Assembly: GCA_964426185.1 (NCBI GenBank)
Contig: CAYRPF010000076.1
Span: forward strand, 1-9,497
Length of the DNA stretch: 9,497 nucleotides
Source of the DNA: an uncultured archaeon
GTDB lineage: Archaea > Asgardarchaeota > Lokiarchaeia > Sigyniarchaeales > Promethearchaeaceae
Reading direction: 5' to 3'
The position numbers and the translations under genes are program-made. The first letter of the stretch is position 1, and every line of letters starts with the position of its first letter. Below the pieces are notes generated by a model, which did not search any database, had not been told where the DNA came from, and worked only from the letters and a program-made list of their open reading frames with translations. Of the stretch, positions 5,100-9,497 are shown one piece after another.

Positions 5100-7457
5100 A
5101 TGGCACATTCTCAAGTTTATCAAGCTTTACAAACTGCAGGTTTAACACCTAAAGAAATTGAAGTATATCAAAATATTAAAAATAAAGGTGTCGTAACTAA
5201 GGGCGAAATCGCAATTATAAACAATATAGCTCAAGAAGAAGCACGAAAAATTATCGATGCTTTGAGCAGTAAAAATTTATTAAAAGTAATTCCTGGAAAA
5301 GTAGATCATTATCAAGCCCTTCCACCTTATGTCGCACTTACCGCTCAATTAACTCAATTTGCTTCTATGATTGAAGATTTACGGAAAAAAGCTCCAACAG
5401 AATTAAAACGCGTTTTAACGGGAGGAAAAGCCACTGATAAAGGTATTTCAAATCTATTAGAATTTGTTCAAGAAATGCATGAAATGAAACAAAAACTTTC
5501 CTTGGAATTAATAGACCAACAGCGATCTCTCAATCAGATTTTAGAACGTCTCAAAAATCAACAAAAAACCGTGGCAAAAATAAAAACTTTGAGAAATCGA
5601 AGTGTTGCTATTTTAGAGAATTATTTTGAAATTTTTATAAATGAATTTAAAAATCTGAAGGTCAAAATTCACACCAATCTTGAAAAACTTCAGCTGGGCA
5701 TTATAGTTGAGACTGTAGAGCAAATGATAGAAAAAAGCATAGATGCTCATATTATCTCCGTGAAAAAAGACATGAAACAGAATTTTGAGCGAAAACTCAC
5801 CAAAGTACTGGAAGAAACCATCGATGAGATTATGCAAATTCCCATCAATGCCGATGATATGGAGAATCAAATTCGATTGGCTTTTACAACTGTAATTAAA
5901 AAGTTCGATTCAACTTTAGAATCCACACAGAATGCTTTGAGTGCCATTTCAGGGAATGTTTCTGAATCATATGAAGGATTGAAGAAGAATTACTCATCTA
6001 AAATTTCCCAAACTCTTGATGATATATTGGAGAAAATTCAATCCAGAATAAGCTTAGAAACCAATGTTTTAAATAGCTTCTGGCAAGAAGCAATGTCAGG
6101 AACGGACTATTCAATGCAAGATGTTTGGTTTGTTCGTTCTCCAGCAGGTATGCAAGCTCAGATTTATGAAACCCTTCAACGAACCAAAATGAAAGCATTA
6201 ATCGTGATACCCAGATTGCATGATATTGATGTTGATATGTTGCTAAATTTGCCCAATCATTTGAATATTCGAATTTGCGCAGCCATAAATAGACAAGATC
6301 CAACACATCAAGAAATAATGCAAAAATTAGATACTAAAATCAATATAACCTACCGTGAACGTGATATGCAAAATCTTTGGGGAATTCATAAAGATTATGA
6401 GGAAATTGTACTGGGTATAGTAAATAATCCTGCAGTCTATCAAGAACAGAAAGTAAAAATGCATGAATTAGATACCAGTGCCTTGGAAGTTGCCGCAGTT
6501 GGTAGTGTTTTAGAGGAACATATCAAAATTTTCGTACCAATATTAGAGGATGCTTGGATTAGTGCCCATAAAGAATTATCCGAGGGATTTAAAGTTAAAA
6601 AACCAGCTAAAGTGCAGATCTTGAAGAAAGCACCATCAAAATCAGAGGTAAATTCCCATAATATTTCACCGCAAATTACTCCTGAAGCTATCCATGCAGC
6701 TGCAAATGCAAGTAAGGTTTCATTCCCAACTCGGACTTCAGTTGATGCCCCTATAAAACCTTCCAAACCCATAAAAGAAACACCACTGAAAGGAGTTATA
6801 GTTAAATTTGATACACCTACAGAACCAGCAAAATTAAAAAATCAGACGATAACTAAATCCAATATTGTATCAACAGTACCAACATCATCCACTAAACAAA
6901 TTAATTCTGCTAAAAGTGTTAAGACAAAAGCCAGTGAATCTTCTAAAAAAAAAAAACCTACTAAATTGGCAAAGGTAAAGGCGCCCTATCAAACGAAAAG
7001 GAAAAAAAAAGAGCGTTCTAATTTGGTAAAACCATCAGAACGGATAAAAGAAATTAATCAACTAAAAGAAAAAGAAGAAATCGGTCAAATAAAACTAGAA
7101 AATAAGATAGAAAAAACATCTTTGACCCAATCTTCTATAAACCGTGAAAAAAAAATAGTAAATAATAATAGTAAGAATGCAACTTTTGTACAGGCAAAAT
7201 CAAACAGTGAATTTCAAGATATAGTGGAAAAAATTGATTATATTATTAACAATTTAAAAAATAATGATGCTAAATCCTTAAAATCCGAATTAGAAGCATT
7301 AATTTCAATGTATCAAGGAAAAACAAAATTCTCACGATTGATTACTGAAATTACTAATTGGTCTGAAGATCTTCAACACCAAGGCCGTTTAGATGCATTT
7401 AGAATCAAGGTTATTACTAAACGTTTAGAAACGTGGCGTAAACTTACTTTAGATTAA
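5100..7457 (+). CDS. TrmB-family HTH protein with a long amphipathic helical rod, degenerate PLD-fold domain, Lys/Pro/Ser/Thr-rich linker and C-terminal helical domain
   Basis: N-terminal LQTAGLTPKEIEVY...KGVVTKGEIA...IIDALSSKNLL...HYQALPP is a TrmB-type wHTH. About 5330-6100 is helical/coiled-coil. 6120-6566 (VWFVRS...IYETLQRTKMKALIVIP...NIRI...GIHKDYEEIVLG...LEDAWISA) matches the TrmB effector/PLD-like fold. About 6590-7200 is low complexity and about 7200-7454 is a helical bundle. Confidence 0.8.
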   Translation: MAHSQVYQALQTAGLTPKEIEVYQNIKNKGVVTKGEIAIINNIAQEEARKIIDALSSKNLLKVIPGKVDHYQALPPYVALTAQLTQFASMIEDLRKKAPTELKRVLTGGKATDKGISNLLEFVQEMHEMKQKLSLELIDQQRSLNQILERLKNQQKTVAKIKTLRNRSVAILENYFEIFINEFKNLKVKIHTNLEKLQLGIIVETVEQMIEKSIDAHIISVKKDMKQNFERKLTKVLEETIDEIMQIPINADDMENQIRLAFTTVIKKFDSTLESTQNALSAISGNVSESYEGLKKNYSSKISQTLDDILEKIQSRISLETNVLNSFWQEAMSGTDYSMQDVWFVRSPAGMQAQIYETLQRTKMKALIVIPRLHDIDVDMLLNLPNHLNIRICAAINRQDPTHQEIMQKLDTKINITYRERDMQNLWGIHKDYEEIVLGIVNNPAVYQEQKVKMHELDTSALEVAAVGSVLEEHIKIFVPILEDAWISAHKELSEGFKVKKPAKVQILKKAPSKSEVNSHNISPQITPEAIHAAANASKVSFPTRTSVDAPIKPSKPIKETPLKGVIVKFDTPTEPAKLKNQTITKSNIVSTVPTSSTKQINSAKSVKTKASESSKKKKPTKLAKVKAPYQTKRKKKERSNLVKPSERIKEINQLKEKEEIGQIKLENKIEKTSLTQSSINREKKIVNNNSKNATFVQAKSNSEFQDIVEKIDYIINNLKNNDAKSLKSELEALISMYQGKTKFSRLITEITNWSEDLQHQGRLDAFRIKVITKRLETWRKLTLD
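6945..6956 (+). repeat. A12 homopolymer encoding KKKK
   Basis: tct AAAAAAAAAAAA cct, in frame. Further A9 runs at 7002-7010 and 7147-7155. Confidence 0.9.
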
Positions 7458-7463
7458 AGGGGG
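7458..7463 (+). promoter_or_regulatory. Shine-Dalgarno-like site
   Basis: AGGGGG directly follows the TAA at 7455-7457. It lies 4 nt before ATG 7468 and 10 nt before the in-frame ATG 7474. Confidence 0.6.
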
Positions 7464-7467
7464 AAAA

Positions 7468-9497
7468 ATGAAAATGAAACAATCAAATAAAATTTCTGGT
7501 AAAATTCGATTTATTAGCATTATAGGAATTTTCCTAATTATTACGATGATATTACCACCATTATCCTCAAGTAGCGGCATTTCTCAACCACCTATCCATC
7601 TAGACAATCAACCTCTTCAGAGCGATTCAATCATTGAAAATCGAACAACTTTTACCCAGCAAATGGTACGTGATCCGACTTTTAGTTTTATTCCCCAAGA
7701 TTCTCCTTGGATTGGACAAAAATTTGAAGATTTTAATGATACTGATTACGATTTGACTGGAAATCAAGCCAATTATCATATTGTGGGGGATGAGAAACAA
7801 TTTTCATATTCAGCAAATCCATTGAATGACTCTGATTGGAGTTCACAACAAAATCCAGAATTTCCCGCTTATCCAGAATGGCCATGGAATGATCCTAACG
7901 ATTCTTATGGAATTGATTCATATGGATTATGGGCAAATCATAGCTGGCGAGAAACTGCCAAACAAACTCCGAGTATTCAATGGATCCATAATTTTACTAT
8001 TCCAGAAAATATGTCTGATTATACAATTACTGCTGCTTCAGTAAATGGAGTGATTAATGCTTCTGCAGATATTAATATTGATACTCCAGCAGATGATGGA
8101 TTAAGTGCAGGAGAGAACGGCCATCTTGTTTCTCAACATGTAACTTATGATTATGTCTATTTTTATATTCGAGTGGCAGATTTAAACCAATCCACCATCT
8201 ATACCATTGCTTCATATAAAACAACAACCCTTGGCCAAAATTCTCCGTCCATTCTCACTTTGGCTGATACATTTTTAGAAACAGTTGCAGAAATCGATAT
8301 GAAATTTTATATTGGCCAAGTATTATCACTGGATTCTCATAATTTTACCGTAATACTTGGAATGGATATTAAATGTGAAGATAATGCAGCAACAGATTAC
8401 GATTATTGGAATATGCTCCGAATTAAATCTTTCTCTCTTAACTTTACTTATGAGAAACGTATCGATGAATTTTCTGCAGTTCGTTGGTCTCAAACTGGTA
8501 AAAAAATTGATTCATCTTTATATCCAGGTGATCAAATTGTAATTAATAATGCAACCTTAGATTTTGTCTATAAGAGCGATAAAAATTGGCCATCTAATTC
8601 CCAAAACTCCGAAATTCGTGTTTATCTCAATAATTATCTTCATACAGAAGTTATCAAGTTAACCAATTTTTCCACTTCAGCCCAACATGTTTACGGCGGT
8701 AGGGGATTCGATGTTTCTTCTCTGGTAACTTCAGTAGATCAGAATATTTCTCTAGTTTTAGAAGTTTATCTTGCCGATACATTTGAACTTTCAGAAAATA
8801 TTACCTTAAGTATAGATGATGTGATGTTAAATGTTTCTTATACTGTTATTCATCAAGAAACCCCCATCGAAACAAAATTAGAACCAATAGAAGGTTATGC
8901 AATTCATTTTCCTTGGAATTCTTCTGCGCTACTTCATCTAAATTATACTGAAGTATCTAATGGAGATGGTATTGAAAACGCCACATTTCAAGTAGATTGG
9001 TTGGGCTCTTATTCAAATACAAACTTAACAGACGAAGGATTAGGAATATATTCAATTGCATTTAACTCCACCAATACAGAGGCAGGTCAAAAGTACTTCA
9101 TGGAAATAACTGTTTTTGGAGAAGGGCGCTATTTAAGTAAAAATTTAGTGGTTGAAATAATTATCGATGGTCGTTCGATCGAATTCAGTGTTTGGGTGAA
9201 TAATTTGGAAACTAATGCACATCCTCTTATTTCATTAATGTATGGCGAAGTAATAAACATAACTTCCACTTACTATGATCATTCCACCAATCAAACAATT
9301 ACTGGTGGCGATGGTCTTCTTTTGGGCTCAGATTTAACTGAATCAGATTATAATTTCTCAAGGCAGGGTAATGACAGATATGAATTTATTCTAAATAGTT
9401 CTAAATTGGGCTTGGGGGTGAATGTACTTTCAGTTTATGTTTCCAAAGATAATTATCAGACAGGATTTGAAAAGGTTCAGATCGAGGTGGTTCCCCG
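7468..9497 (+). CDS. Large exported/cell-surface glycoprotein (3'-truncated, >676 aa): signal peptide or anchor, jelly-roll-like beta domains, Ig-like repeats
   Basis: Hand translation in frame 1 shows no stop from ATG 7468 (alternative 7474) to the window end. It begins MKMKQSNKISGKIRFISIIGIFLIITMILPPLSSSSG (basic n-region, hydrophobic h-region) and ends ...VSKDNYQTGFEKVQIEVVP. Acidic, rich in N/S/T/Y, about 25 N-x-S/T sequons by manual count. Absent from the supplied ORF track. Confidence 0.9.
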   Translation, partial: MKMKQSNKISGKIRFISIIGIFLIITMILPPLSSSSGISQPPIHLDNQPLQSDSIIENRTTFTQQMVRDPTFSFIPQDSPWIGQKFEDFNDTDYDLTGNQANYHIVGDEKQFSYSANPLNDSDWSSQQNPEFPAYPEWPWNDPNDSYGIDSYGLWANHSWRETAKQTPSIQWIHNFTIPENMSDYTITAASVNGVINASADINIDTPADDGLSAGENGHLVSQHVTYDYVYFYIRVADLNQSTIYTIASYKTTTLGQNSPSILTLADTFLETVAEIDMKFYIGQVLSLDSHNFTVILGMDIKCEDNAATDYDYWNMLRIKSFSLNFTYEKRIDEFSAVRWSQTGKKIDSSLYPGDQIVINNATLDFVYKSDKNWPSNSQNSEIRVYLNNYLHTEVIKLTNFSTSAQHVYGGRGFDVSSLVTSVDQNISLVLEVYLADTFELSENITLSIDDVMLNVSYTVIHQETPIETKLEPIEGYAIHFPWNSSALLHLNYTEVSNGDGIENATFQVDWLGSYSNTNLTDEGLGIYSIAFNSTNTEAGQKYFMEITVFGEGRYLSKNLVVEIIIDGRSIEFSVWVNNLETNAHPLISLMYGEVINITSTYYDHSTNQTITGGDGLLLGSDLTESDYNFSRQGNDRYEFILNSSKLGLGVNVLSVYVSKDNYQTGFEKVQIEVVP
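8866..9495 (+). repeat. Two ~100-aa Ig-like protein repeats (diverged at DNA level)
   Basis: Unit 1: HFPWNSSALLHLNYTEVSNGDGIENA...GIYSIAFNSTNTEAGQKYFMEITVFGEGRY. Unit 2: SLMYGEVINITSTYYDHSTNQTITGG...DRYEFILNSSKLGLGVNVLSVYVSKDNY. Confidence 0.7.

Noticed and set aside
6387-6395. Literal HKD tripeptide in the PLD-like domain, suggesting an active phospholipase D or nuclease
   Set aside because: The catalytic motif is HxKxxxxD. Here the residues are contiguous and the true H and K positions hold N and W.
5613-6772. Minus-strand ORFs 5613..5870, 5998..6306 and 6440..6772
   Set aside because: Antisense shadows of the TrmB-like gene. Their Phe/Leu/Ile richness mirrors A-rich codons on the sense strand.
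724-7457. TatD plus PLD-fold/HTH protein as an anti-phage defence locus
   Set aside because: tatD is on the opposite strand and unlinked to the operon, the PLD motif is degenerate, and no ATPase, QueC-like, methylase or other defence partner is present.
7826-8542. Plus-strand ORFs 7826..8044 and 8357..8542
   Set aside because: Out-of-frame fragments inside the real frame-1 ORF 7468..>9497.
1-9497. tRNA/rRNA, CRISPR array, IS element or integrase
   Set aside because: Intergenic gaps are under 200 bp and AT-rich. I saw no spaced direct repeats, cloverleaf, terminal inverted repeats or transposase motifs.

Overview
AT-rich archaeal-style window, most likely from an Asgard archaeon (Lokiarchaeia-like). 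The lineage is an inference from protein styles and signals, not a database result. Gene order: (1) a 5'-truncated protein ending in a folliculin/NPRL2-like longin domain with a candidate arginine finger; (2) a convergent TatD-family metallohydrolase; (3) a divergent acetyl-CoA hydrolase/CoA-transferase fused to a Pat-like GNAT domain; (4) a tight three-gene operon. The operon encodes a longin-like plus tandem winged-helix protein, a TrmB-HTH/long helical rod/degenerate PLD-fold/basic linker protein, and a large exported, sequon-rich beta-sandwich/Ig-repeat protein. That last gene (7468..>9497) is missing from the ORF track because it runs off the window. I saw no RNA genes, CRISPR arrays or mobile elements. 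The operon and the candidate longin GAP domain are the best leads.
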